DNA of 64,000 nucleotides from an uncultured Gammaproteobacteria bacterium (GTDB lineage Bacteria; Pseudomonadota; Gammaproteobacteria; SZUA-140): NCBI GenBank assembly GCA_947258425.1, contig CAMYIG010000049.1, positions 640 to 64,639 of the forward strand, read 5' to 3'. Shown piece by piece: positions 43,891 to 52,768 of this stretch (position 1 is its first letter; each line of letters starts with the position of its first letter). The notes under the pieces were generated by a model. It saw only the letters and a program-made list of their open reading frames with translations, ran no database searches and was not told where the DNA came from. The position numbers and the translations under genes were made by a program.

Positions 43891-44760
43891 GTGACAGGCA
43901 TGAGCGCAAAAATCATCGATGGCAAGGCGATCGCCAGCCAGATTCGTCAAAACGTCAAACAGCGCGTTGGTAAGCGCCTCGCCGAGGGAATCCGCGCCCC
44001 GGGGCTCGCCGTCATTCTGGTTGGTCAGGATCCGGCCTCAGAGGTCTACGTCAACAGTAAACGTAAAGACTGCGCCGAGGTTGGCTTTGTGTCGAAATCG
44101 CATGACCTGCCGGAAGACACCACACAGGCGGCACTGCTGGCGCTTATCGAGCAGCTCAATGTTGACGATCAGATCGACGGCATTCTGGTGCAACTGCCAC
44201 TGCCCAAACATATCGACCCCAAAACGGTTATTGAAACGATCCACCCGAATAAAGACGTCGATGGCTTTCATCCCTACAATATCGGTCGTCTGACGCAACG
44301 CACCCCATTGCTTCGCCCCTGCACCCCCTACGGCATCATGACCTTGCTCGAGCATACCGGTGCAAAGATACAGGGGATGGAAGCGGTGGTGGTCGGCGCC
44401 TCCAATATCGTCGGCCGCCCGATGGGGCTGGAGTTACTGCTCGCAGGCTGCACCGTCACTACCTGTCATCGCTTCACTAAAAACACCCATGAACATGTCT
44501 CACGCGCCGACATTGTCGTGGTCGCGGTGGGCAAACCCGGCATCGTGAAAGGTGAATGGATTAAGTCTGGTGCAATCGTGATTGATGTCGGCATCAATCG
44601 TAACGAAAGCGGTAAGCTGATCGGTGATGTCGATTATGACGCCGCGGCCAAACGTGCCAGCTGGATTACCCCAGTGCCCGGCGGGGTCGGCCCGATGACC
44701 CGCGCAACGCTACTGCAAAACACACTTTACGCGGCAGAAAGCCTGCATCTTGACGATTAA
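43891..44760 (+). CDS. folD: Bifunctional methylenetetrahydrofolate dehydrogenase / methenyltetrahydrofolate cyclohydrolase
   Basis: 289 aa, FolD family. Confidence 0.9.
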   Translation: MTGMSAKIIDGKAIASQIRQNVKQRVGKRLAEGIRAPGLAVILVGQDPASEVYVNSKRKDCAEVGFVSKSHDLPEDTTQAALLALIEQLNVDDQIDGILVQLPLPKHIDPKTVIETIHPNKDVDGFHPYNIGRLTQRTPLLRPCTPYGIMTLLEHTGAKIQGMEAVVVGASNIVGRPMGLELLLAGCTVTTCHRFTKNTHEHVSRADIVVVAVGKPGIVKGEWIKSGAIVIDVGINRNESGKLIGDVDYDAAAKRASWITPVPGGVGPMTRATLLQNTLYAAESLHLDD

Positions 44761-44866
44761 CGCAGCTAGCCCTTCTCGGCTATAATCGGCACATCAAATT
44801 TGAATCGCGGAGCTTCCCCAATGGTGAGTCCGCCTCAACATCCAGCACACAAGGACGCCACACGGC

Positions 44867-46555
44867 ATGAGCGACATTGAATCAAAGCCATCCAATTTCA
44901 TCCGTCACATCATCGATGAAGACCTAAAAAATAATAAAAACGGCGGACGCGTCGCGACCCGTTTCCCACCTGAACCTAACGGTTATCTGCATATCGGTCA
45001 TGCCAAATCAATCCTGTTGAACTTTGGTCTTGCGGAAGATTACAACGGCAGCTGCAACCTCCGCTTTGATGACACCAACCCGCATAAAGAGAACATCGAA
45101 TTCGTTGAGGCGATCAAACAAGACGTTGCATGGCTCGGTTGTGACTGGGGCGACAAGGTCTATTTTTCGTCCGACTATTTTGATGCACTGTATGACTTCG
45201 CCGTAGAGCTGATCAAAAAAGAGAAGGCTTACGTCTGTGATCTCAACGCCGAAGAGATGCGCGCCTATCGCGGCACCCTGACCGAAGCGGGCAAAGACAG
45301 CCCCTATCGTGAACGCACCGTTGCAGAAAATATAGATCTGTTTGCCCGCATGAAAGCGGGTGAATTTGAAGACGGCAGCAAAGTACTGCGGGCGAAGATC
45401 GATATGGCCTCACCCAACATCAACATGCGAGACCCCACGCTCTATCGGATTCGCCACGGTGTGGTACACCACCAGACCGGCGCTGCGTGGTGTCTCTATC
45501 CCATGTATGACTTCACCCACTGTATTTCTGATGCACTGGAAGGCATCACCCACTCGGTCTGTACACTCGAATTCGAAGATCACCGCCCACTTTATAACTG
45601 GTTTTTAGACACGCTCGAAACAGAAAACCACCCACAGCAGATCGAGTTTTCACGCCTCAACCTTGAACACACGGTGACCAGCAAACGTAAACTGACCGAG
45701 CTGGTTGAACATGGCCATGTCGAAGGGTGGGATGACCCCCGCATGCCGACCATCGCCGGGTTGCGTCGTCGCGGCTGCACCCCTGCTGCGCTGCGTGAGT
45801 TTTGCCAGCGCATCGGCGTCACCAAATCTGAAAATGTGGTTGAGATGGCCGTATTAGAAGGCTGTATTCGGGACGACCTCAACAAAAATGCACCGCGCCG
45901 CATGGCGGTATTGCATCCGTTAAAGGTAGTGATCACCAACTATCCTGAAGATCAATTCGAAGAATTAGAAGCGGCCAATCATCCGCAGGATGAAAGCTAT
46001 GGCATGCGCAAACTACCGTTTGGACGTGAACTCTATATCGATCAGGAAGACTTCAAAGAGGTTCCGCCAAAGAAATATAAACGACTCATTCCCGGCGGTG
46101 AAGTACGGCTACGAAACGCTTATGTTATCCGCTGTGACGAAGTGATTAAAGACGCTGATGATAACGTCATCGAGCTTCATTGCACCTATGATGCTGATAC
46201 TCACGGAAAGAATCCTGAAGGGCGCAAGGTCAAGGGCGTGATTCACTGGGTGTCTGCAAAACATGCGATCGAAGCCGAAGTACGCCTTTACGACCGGTTG
46301 TTTAATCACCCCACCCCGGACAATAGCAAAGATGGCAAAACGTATATCAATCACCTCAACCCGCAGTCACTGCTGACACTTACAAACTGCTATCTCGAAC
46401 CAACACTGGCTGAGGCCACTGCGGGTGAACAGTTCCAGTTTGAACGTGAGGGCTACTATTGCCTTGATCCGATGGATCAGGCCGGTAACAAACCGGTCTA
46501 CAACCGTACGGTGACATTACGGGATACGTGGGCGAAAATAGAAAAAGGTCAATAA
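44867..46555 (+). CDS. glnS: Glutamine--tRNA ligase
   Basis: Class I HIGH motif ([14 protein letters not shown]) and KMSKS region. 562 aa. Confidence 0.92.
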   Translation: MSDIESKPSNFIRHIIDEDLKNNKNGGRVATRFPPEPNGYLHIGHAKSILLNFGLAEDYNGSCNLRFDDTNPHKENIEFVEAIKQDVAWLGCDWGDKVYFSSDYFDALYDFAVELIKKEKAYVCDLNAEEMRAYRGTLTEAGKDSPYRERTVAENIDLFARMKAGEFEDGSKVLRAKIDMASPNINMRDPTLYRIRHGVVHHQTGAAWCLYPMYDFTHCISDALEGITHSVCTLEFEDHRPLYNWFLDTLETENHPQQIEFSRLNLEHTVTSKRKLTELVEHGHVEGWDDPRMPTIAGLRRRGCTPAALREFCQRIGVTKSENVVEMAVLEGCIRDDLNKNAPRRMAVLHPLKVVITNYPEDQFEELEAANHPQDESYGMRKLPFGRELYIDQEDFKEVPPKKYKRLIPGGEVRLRNAYVIRCDEVIKDADDNVIELHCTYDADTHGKNPEGRKVKGVIHWVSAKHAIEAEVRLYDRLFNHPTPDNSKDGKTYINHLNPQSLLTLTNCYLEPTLAEATAGEQFQFEREGYYCLDPMDQAGNKPVYNRTVTLRDTWAKIEKGQ

Positions 46556-47513
46556 ACACGTAAGCGGTCCGACCCGGTTCGGTCAGACCTGGCTAGCAGT
46601 CGATAACGCTATACTCGAAACTGCTTCACCAATGCTTCCAGTCGCGCAGTGAGACTCAGCATCTCACTGCTGGCCGCTGCCGTGCGCTACACACCCTGTG
46701 CTGTTTGCACGGAAGAGTTTTGAATTATCGTTATAATCTCTTCAGCAACTGCTCGTTGCTGTTCTGAGGCAGAGGCGATCCCGTATCCACCTTAACTGTA
46801 TCTCTGTAGTTGATATAGTGTGCCAATCAATCTTGATGCCTAACACCGTAGCAGAATGTTTTTGCCCTTTCATTGCAACCATCATCGAATTATCGACAGA
46901 CATCGTGCCGCTATACCGTTTAGACTTAACGCAACCCAATACCACCTCTGATGAAGAACGCAATTTACATTATTAAAGAACATATTGCCTCAACCAAACC
47001 AATCAGACTGATACGAACAGACTTATCACTACAGGCGAAACCATGCAAGCATGAGTTAATACTTCATAAAACGCTTAGCAAAATACATTATCCTATTTAA
47101 AGTATCAGTCTCGTTTGTGATGTAGTTCTCAATAATAGATTTGAAATACCAGCATAGTTTCGCCATCGCATTATTGCCTTAATTGAGAGAACTATTTATG
47201 CAAACAAGGACAACATGCCCGACATCACAGTCAAGCAAGAAGTCAGTTGAATTATTTTGTCTAACCAATAATGTTTCCGTCAAAAAATTGAACATTGTTT
47301 ACACGCATGCAGACCCATTACCCGCACCACCAACCACGATGGTCACTCCATTGTTAAATGCCGCTCAGGCAGCGCCATCTCCATCCCATTAAATACCAGT
47401 GGTCCCTGCATTGCATAGGCATCTTATTGAAGATGCGCATACAAAAATGGACCTGAAAAACGAATTTATTACGTTTACGCCAAACAATCGCCCACATAAA
47501 TAAGTTGTAAATT

Positions 47514-48422
47514 ATGACAATGCAAAAACAAATTTTGAAAAACAATTACCGTTCAACCATCGCTCGCAAGCTTTTCACTACGAAAATACTCTGGTTGTGT
47601 TCACTCTTTATGGTAAGTCTTTTCAATGTGTCAGCGGCCACCGCTATCACTAGCATCACGCCCATTGCTAACCCCTCTGATGATGCCCGTGAGGCGATGT
47701 CGACTGGAAATGTGGATCTTTTGAGCCGTAACCTCCCCATTAGTTTTGATGATAACGGTAATGGAGATCAACGCATTGGGCTACGTTTTGCGGTCAATAT
47801 CCCCAGCAATAGAACTATCACCAGAGCCTATATACAGTTTACAGCCGATAAGGCCTCAAGCGGCTCATCAAACCTCTACATAAATGCTGAATACCGCAAC
47901 GATGCAGCACCCTTTGCCAGCAATGCCCTGGATATCTCATCACGACCCCTGACGCCTTCAACGATTAATTGGACACCCCACTCCTGGAATACCGTGGGTC
48001 ACAACGGCTTTTCCGAACGCACCCCCGACCTCAGCGCGCTGATACAGGAAGTCATCAATTTAGAAAACTGGCAGGCGAATAATCATATTGCATTTATCAT
48101 CTATGGCAGTGGCACACGCACCGCAAAATCTTATGATGGTACGCTCGCCAGTTACGGTTCTACTGCACTCGCGCCTCAGCTACACATTGAATACAGTGAA
48201 AATAGCGCGCCCGAACCTGCGCCAACCCCCGTTGACCACCTCCCCGTCGCCAATGCGGATACGCTGACCACCGCCGAAGACACAACGGCCACCCTTAACG
48301 TACTCAGCAACGACACCGGCCTCGAAGACGGACTTACACCCCGGCCAGTGGCTTTTCAGGCACGGATACTTTTCAATACCACATCACTGATGCCGATGGG
48401 GATACCAGCAGCGCAGGGGTAA
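47514..48422 (+). CDS. Upstream fragment of modular secreted repeat protein A1 (signal peptide + module copy 1 + truncated cadherin-like repeat); same gene as 48431..50734
   Basis: Signal peptide (...LWLCSLFMVSLFNVSAATA). It carries the ~180-aa module (IGLRFAVNIPSN...AYIQFTADKASSG...WNTVGH...ERTPDLSALIQEVI...LAPQLHIEY). The frame is lost at 48332, where 70 nt present in the paralogous repeat (49429-49498) are missing. Confidence 0.7.
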   Translation: MTMQKQILKNNYRSTIARKLFTTKILWLCSLFMVSLFNVSAATAITSITPIANPSDDAREAMSTGNVDLLSRNLPISFDDNGNGDQRIGLRFAVNIPSNRTITRAYIQFTADKASSGSSNLYINAEYRNDAAPFASNALDISSRPLTPSTINWTPHSWNTVGHNGFSERTPDLSALIQEVINLENWQANNHIAFIIYGSGTRTAKSYDGTLASYGSTALAPQLHIEYSENSAPEPAPTPVDHLPVANADTLTTAEDTTATLNVLSNDTGLEDGLTPRPVAFQARILFNTTSLMPMGIPAAQG

Positions 48423-48430
48423 GTGTCACC

Positions 48431-50734
48431 GTGAATAGCACAACACTTTTTCAACTCCCTCCCATCATCGTGAGTGATGACGTCGAAGAAACCATGTCCA
48501 CCGGTCAAATGGATCTGAGCAGCCAAAACCTTCAACTGACTTATGACGCAAGCGTCGGTGGTCAACGCGTCGGCTTACGCTTCGCACTCAATATCCCCAG
48601 CGATAGCGTTATCACTAATGCCTACATTCAATTCACGGCTGATAAAACCTCCAGTGGCGATAGCAATCTTTACATCTTTGCCGAACATAATGTCAATGCC
48701 GCGCCATTTTCCAGTAATTACCTCGACGTCTCATCTCGACCGGCCACTGCCTCAACTGTCTACTGGTCACCACTCCCCTGGAATACCGTGGGGCACAACG
48801 GCTTTAATGAGCGCACACCCGACCTCAGCACACTGATACAAGAAGTGATCGAGCTAGAAAACTGGCAGGCTAACAATCATATTGCCTTTATCATGTACGG
48901 CAGCGGTACACGTACTGCAAAATCCTATGATGGCACGCTTGCCAGTTACGGCTCGACCGATCTCGCGCCACAACTGCACGTTGAATTCGCCGCCAATAGT
49001 GCGCCAGCGCCCGAACCCACACCGGCACCCGATCCTGAACCGACGCCCGTCGACCACCTCCCCGCCGCCAATGCGGATACGCTGACCACCGCCGAAGACA
49101 CCGCCGCCACTGTGAATGTACTGAGCAACGACACCGGCCTTGAAGACGGTGGCATCGTCGTCACCTTGAGTGCAGCGCCGACCAACGGCACTGTCACCGT
49201 CGGGTCGAATGGCGCGCTGACCTACACCCCCAACAGTGGCTATGCCGGAGCGGATACTTTTCAGTATCAAATCACCGATGCCGATGGTGATACGAGCAGT
49301 GCCAATGTCAGCGTAACGGTCGTCCCCACTGACCACCTCCCCGTCGCCAATGCGGATACGCTGACCACCGCCGAAGACACAACGGCCACCCTTAACGTAC
49401 TCAGCAACGACACCGGCCTCGAAGACGGCGGCATCGTCGTCACCTTGAGTGCAGCGCCGACCAACGGCACTGTGTCGATTGGATCTAACGGCGTGCTGAC
49501 TTACACCCCGGCCAGTGGCTTTTCAGGTGCCGATAATTTCCAATACCGCATCACCGATGCCGATGGCGATGTGAGCGGCGCCAGTGTGGTGGTAACGGTG
49601 GCTGCCAATGAACAAACCACTATCCTCGTCAATGATGATGCTGAAGAAGAGCTCTCTTCAGGCACTATTGATCTTGGCAGCAGTGATCTCGAACTCATCC
49701 ATGAGCCCGGGTGGTCTGGTGCCCAACGTGTGGGGTTACGGTTTGCATTGAACATTCCCAGCAACCATCACATCCTCAATGCCTATATCCAGTTCACTGC
49801 GGATGAGGTCTCCACTGGCGCAAGTAATCTCATGATCAGCGCAGACAATAGTACGAATGCAGTGCCATTCTCGAACACACGCTATGATCTCTCATCACGA
49901 TCCCTGACCGCCCATTCAGTTAACTGGGCGCCAGCAGACTGGAACACTGCCGGGGAGCAAGGTCTCAATCAGCGAACCCCTGACTTGAGTACTATTATTC
50001 AGGAAATTATCGATACAGATGGCTGGCAGGCCGACAGCCCCATCGCATTTATTTTCGATGGAAGTGGCACCCGTAATGCGGTATCACTGGATGGTGCGCC
50101 GTCGAACTTTGGCTCAGTCAATTTTGCGCCACAACTGCACATTGAGTACGCTATCAATAGCGCGCCGACACCCCAGCCTGCACCAGCACCAAAGTCGGAA
50201 CCGACTGACTCCCAGCCACAGGCACATCCTGATAGCGCATCGACCGATACTGCGACACCAGTGGCTATCGCCGTACTCGATAATGATACGGGATTAAATG
50301 ATGGTCCCGTCACAGTCTCTATCACAAGCTTGCCCGCCAATGGCGTTGTCACCGTTGATGCAAATAATAATGTCATCTATACGCCAAACAGCAGCTTCTT
50401 TGGTACTGATAGCTTTATCTACAGGGTCACGGATGCTGATAGTGACAGCGCCATGGCCAACGTCGAGATACTGGTGATATGTACCTCCGGCACCTGTACA
50501 AAGACGATTCGGATCACCTGGAACCCAAACCCTGAACCAGACATCGCAGGTTACTATCTGTACCATGGCACACAGCCTGGTGTTTATCCGGATAAGATCT
50601 GGGTGGGCAATGTCACAACATATGACTTTGAGACAGCCGATTTAACCGACCATTTCTTTGCGATTTCAGCGGTAAACAGTGCCGAACATGAGTCAGGACA
50701 ATCCGAAGAAATCCCCATATCATTAGCGCCATAA
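48431..50734 (+). CDS. Remainder of protein A1: module copies 2 and 3, three cadherin/VCBS-like repeats, C-terminal FN3-like domain
   Basis: MNSTTLFQ is an internal Met created by the upstream frameshift. Modules lie at about 48470-48990 and 49622-50160. The cadherin-like repeats carry the motif NVLSNDTGLEDGGIVVTL...TYTP.SG..G.D.F.Y.ITDADGD. The C-terminus reads CTSGTCTKTIRITWNPNPEP.... Confidence 0.75.
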   Translation: MNSTTLFQLPPIIVSDDVEETMSTGQMDLSSQNLQLTYDASVGGQRVGLRFALNIPSDSVITNAYIQFTADKTSSGDSNLYIFAEHNVNAAPFSSNYLDVSSRPATASTVYWSPLPWNTVGHNGFNERTPDLSTLIQEVIELENWQANNHIAFIMYGSGTRTAKSYDGTLASYGSTDLAPQLHVEFAANSAPAPEPTPAPDPEPTPVDHLPAANADTLTTAEDTAATVNVLSNDTGLEDGGIVVTLSAAPTNGTVTVGSNGALTYTPNSGYAGADTFQYQITDADGDTSSANVSVTVVPTDHLPVANADTLTTAEDTTATLNVLSNDTGLEDGGIVVTLSAAPTNGTVSIGSNGVLTYTPASGFSGADNFQYRITDADGDVSGASVVVTVAANEQTTILVNDDAEEELSSGTIDLGSSDLELIHEPGWSGAQRVGLRFALNIPSNHHILNAYIQFTADEVSTGASNLMISADNSTNAVPFSNTRYDLSSRSLTAHSVNWAPADWNTAGEQGLNQRTPDLSTIIQEIIDTDGWQADSPIAFIFDGSGTRNAVSLDGAPSNFGSVNFAPQLHIEYAINSAPTPQPAPAPKSEPTDSQPQAHPDSASTDTATPVAIAVLDNDTGLNDGPVTVSITSLPANGVVTVDANNNVIYTPNSSFFGTDSFIYRVTDADSDSAMANVEILVICTSGTCTKTIRITWNPNPEPDIAGYYLYHGTQPGVYPDKIWVGNVTTYDFETADLTDHFFAISAVNSAEHESGQSEEIPISLAP
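49331..49428 (+). repeat. 98-nt segment identical to 48234-48331 (intragenic cadherin-repeat DNA duplication); a third, diverged copy lies near 49045
   Basis: Direct comparison of the two stretches (GACCACCTCCCCGTCGCCAATGCGGATACGCTGACC...CTCGAAGACGG). Confidence 0.85.
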
Positions 50735-50741
50735 TTCAACC

Positions 50742-52370
50742 ATGATACTAATAAAACTGTACAGGATAGTTACAATGAGTGTGCCCGTAAAACTTAGACT
50801 TATACTGCCAATTTTGTCCTTTCTATTACTGGGAACTAGTAATGCATTTGCTGCGATTTACTATGTATCCACTTCAGGCAACGACTCGTCTGGTAGCGGC
50901 GCTTCAAGCAGCCCCTGGAAAACAATCGGTTACGGAATCGATCAAATGGCCTCCGGCGATACGTTGCTTGTTAAAGCCGGTACCTATATTGGGAAAGAGA
51001 ACTTCATCAACTCACGTCTTAACGATCTACCTAGTGGCACACCTGGCAAGTACACAATAGTAAAAGCAGAAGTGCCTTTGGAAGTCACTATCAAAAATGA
51101 CGGCTCGCTCAACTATTACGATAACCTGATACGTCTCGAAGGAAACTATATTCATGTGGACGGTTTTATTGTAGATATGATTAATCAGAGCGAACCAGAA
51201 TACAATGCGGAAGTCACGGGCAACTATAATAAAATCACGCGGAGTTTTTTTCGTCGCGAAGGGAATGTTAGTCAATACGGCGGCTGGGTATCGATTTTAG
51301 GCGATTATAACCTTGTCGAGGATAGCGCTGGCGTCGGTGCTGCACGGTATGGTTTCTATACCGGTGGCCCTACTTCATCAGCGAGCCAAAATATTTTTCG
51401 TCGTATCGTTGCCAGAGTGGATTACTCTAATTCTGACCAGCCAAAAGCGGCGTTTTCCGCCTACGGCAATGACACCGGCAATAATATGCACGATGTGTTG
51501 TTTCAAAACTGCATTGCGATTGATGGACGACGCGGTCCCAGCAGTTCAGAAGACACCTATGGTGGATTTTATTTTCCTAAAAATGCGACGAATATTACAA
51601 TCCAGGGCAGCATCGTACTCAACAATGAAGCAGGACATGCCGGTTATTTTGTCAAAGAATTACAGGGCGATAATATCCATCTCGAACATTCTATCGCGTG
51701 GGATGTATATGGGAGTACTCACATAGCAGGCGTGCGCGCCAATGGCGCTGGCGGTCTTTATTTTGGACTCGACCATATGACCATCGGCAACACACTGGCG
51801 GCGTATTACAATAAAGACAGCGCTCAACAGCGGGTTTTAACCAATTCACTCTTCTACAATAACGCTGTATTATCCTCAGGTAGCGATTATGATTGGGCCT
51901 CAAAGACCAACAATGCTTTCTTTCCTATCTCACAGGCGATCGGCATCCTTTCGATCATCAGCAATATCAATCTAAAATATATCCTTCGTGCCGAAACTGG
52001 CAGCGCCCTTGTTGGCAGCGCTAGCGGTGGCGATAACATAGGAGCCGATGTCACCCAGCAATACGGCGTTTCAGGCACACTATGGGGGGAACCGGGGTTT
52101 GATCAACGCACCAGCAATGCCCTCTGGCCGTGGAAGTACGAAGATAAAATCAAAACATTATTCTCAATTTCAAACACACCGCCGGCTGGCAACATCCCCT
52201 CCAGCAATAATACTGTCAGAGGATTTACGGTCGCAAATGATCAATTTGGCAAGCGCATGACATTAACCCGTTACATTTGGCAATACCTGGGAAATGAGAT
52301 CCCTTCTGAGATTTATGGTGCCTCATCAGTCTCGATTCCGACGGGAGGGAGCGCCGCTGTTATTCAGTAA
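50742..52370 (+). CDS. Secreted right-handed parallel beta-helix protein B1 (pectate-lyase-fold, polysaccharide lyase/glycosidase-like)
   Basis: Signal peptide, then AIYYVSTSGNDSSGSG...PWKTIGYGIDQMASGDTLLVKAGTY (the canonical N-terminal cap of beta-helix enzymes). Repeated G/N-rich turns follow. 542 aa, AT-rich. Confidence 0.75.
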   Translation: MILIKLYRIVTMSVPVKLRLILPILSFLLLGTSNAFAAIYYVSTSGNDSSGSGASSSPWKTIGYGIDQMASGDTLLVKAGTYIGKENFINSRLNDLPSGTPGKYTIVKAEVPLEVTIKNDGSLNYYDNLIRLEGNYIHVDGFIVDMINQSEPEYNAEVTGNYNKITRSFFRREGNVSQYGGWVSILGDYNLVEDSAGVGAARYGFYTGGPTSSASQNIFRRIVARVDYSNSDQPKAAFSAYGNDTGNNMHDVLFQNCIAIDGRRGPSSSEDTYGGFYFPKNATNITIQGSIVLNNEAGHAGYFVKELQGDNIHLEHSIAWDVYGSTHIAGVRANGAGGLYFGLDHMTIGNTLAAYYNKDSAQQRVLTNSLFYNNAVLSSGSDYDWASKTNNAFFPISQAIGILSIISNINLKYILRAETGSALVGSASGGDNIGADVTQQYGVSGTLWGEPGFDQRTSNALWPWKYEDKIKTLFSISNTPPAGNIPSSNNTVRGFTVANDQFGKRMTLTRYIWQYLGNEIPSEIYGASSVSIPTGGSAAVIQ

Positions 52371-52395
52371 TCATGAGTAGCATATTTTTAGCGCG

Positions 52396-52418
52396 CACTA
52401 AATAGAAACCATTTAGTG
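52396..52418. terminator. Hairpin CACTAAAT-AGAAACC-ATTTAGTG downstream of B1 (no T-tract)
   Basis: 8-bp perfect inverted repeat, read from the sequence. Confidence 0.3.
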
Positions 52419-52768
52419 ACAGAACACTCACAGGTGAGAGCTTTAATACGCCGCTAAACTGCGGCAATGTTATCTATCAAATAAATTCTCTATCTATCTA
52501 ATAAATGAAGACTATTTAGATATGAACCTTACTTTCAAATATTTAGTTGTTTGTATAGTATGATGCTTGTTTGTACAATACTCGCCACATTGAATTTCAA
52601 TATTTAATGCAAGTAGCACTTTCACAGAATACACAGCAGTTAGCGCAAATACACATGAATTTTACAGGGTACATGTGGCATAATTCTTGATTGATATTTT
52701 AAGCATAAAGTGAAATAACAACCTGTTTCAATTTTGATCACAGAAGTCGTTTATAGAGCCATCATCCT

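Noticed and set aside
47183-47392. 69-aa ORF in the AT-rich spacer before the island
   Set aside because: No homology-like features and no RBS. It is retained only as part of the non-coding spacer finding.
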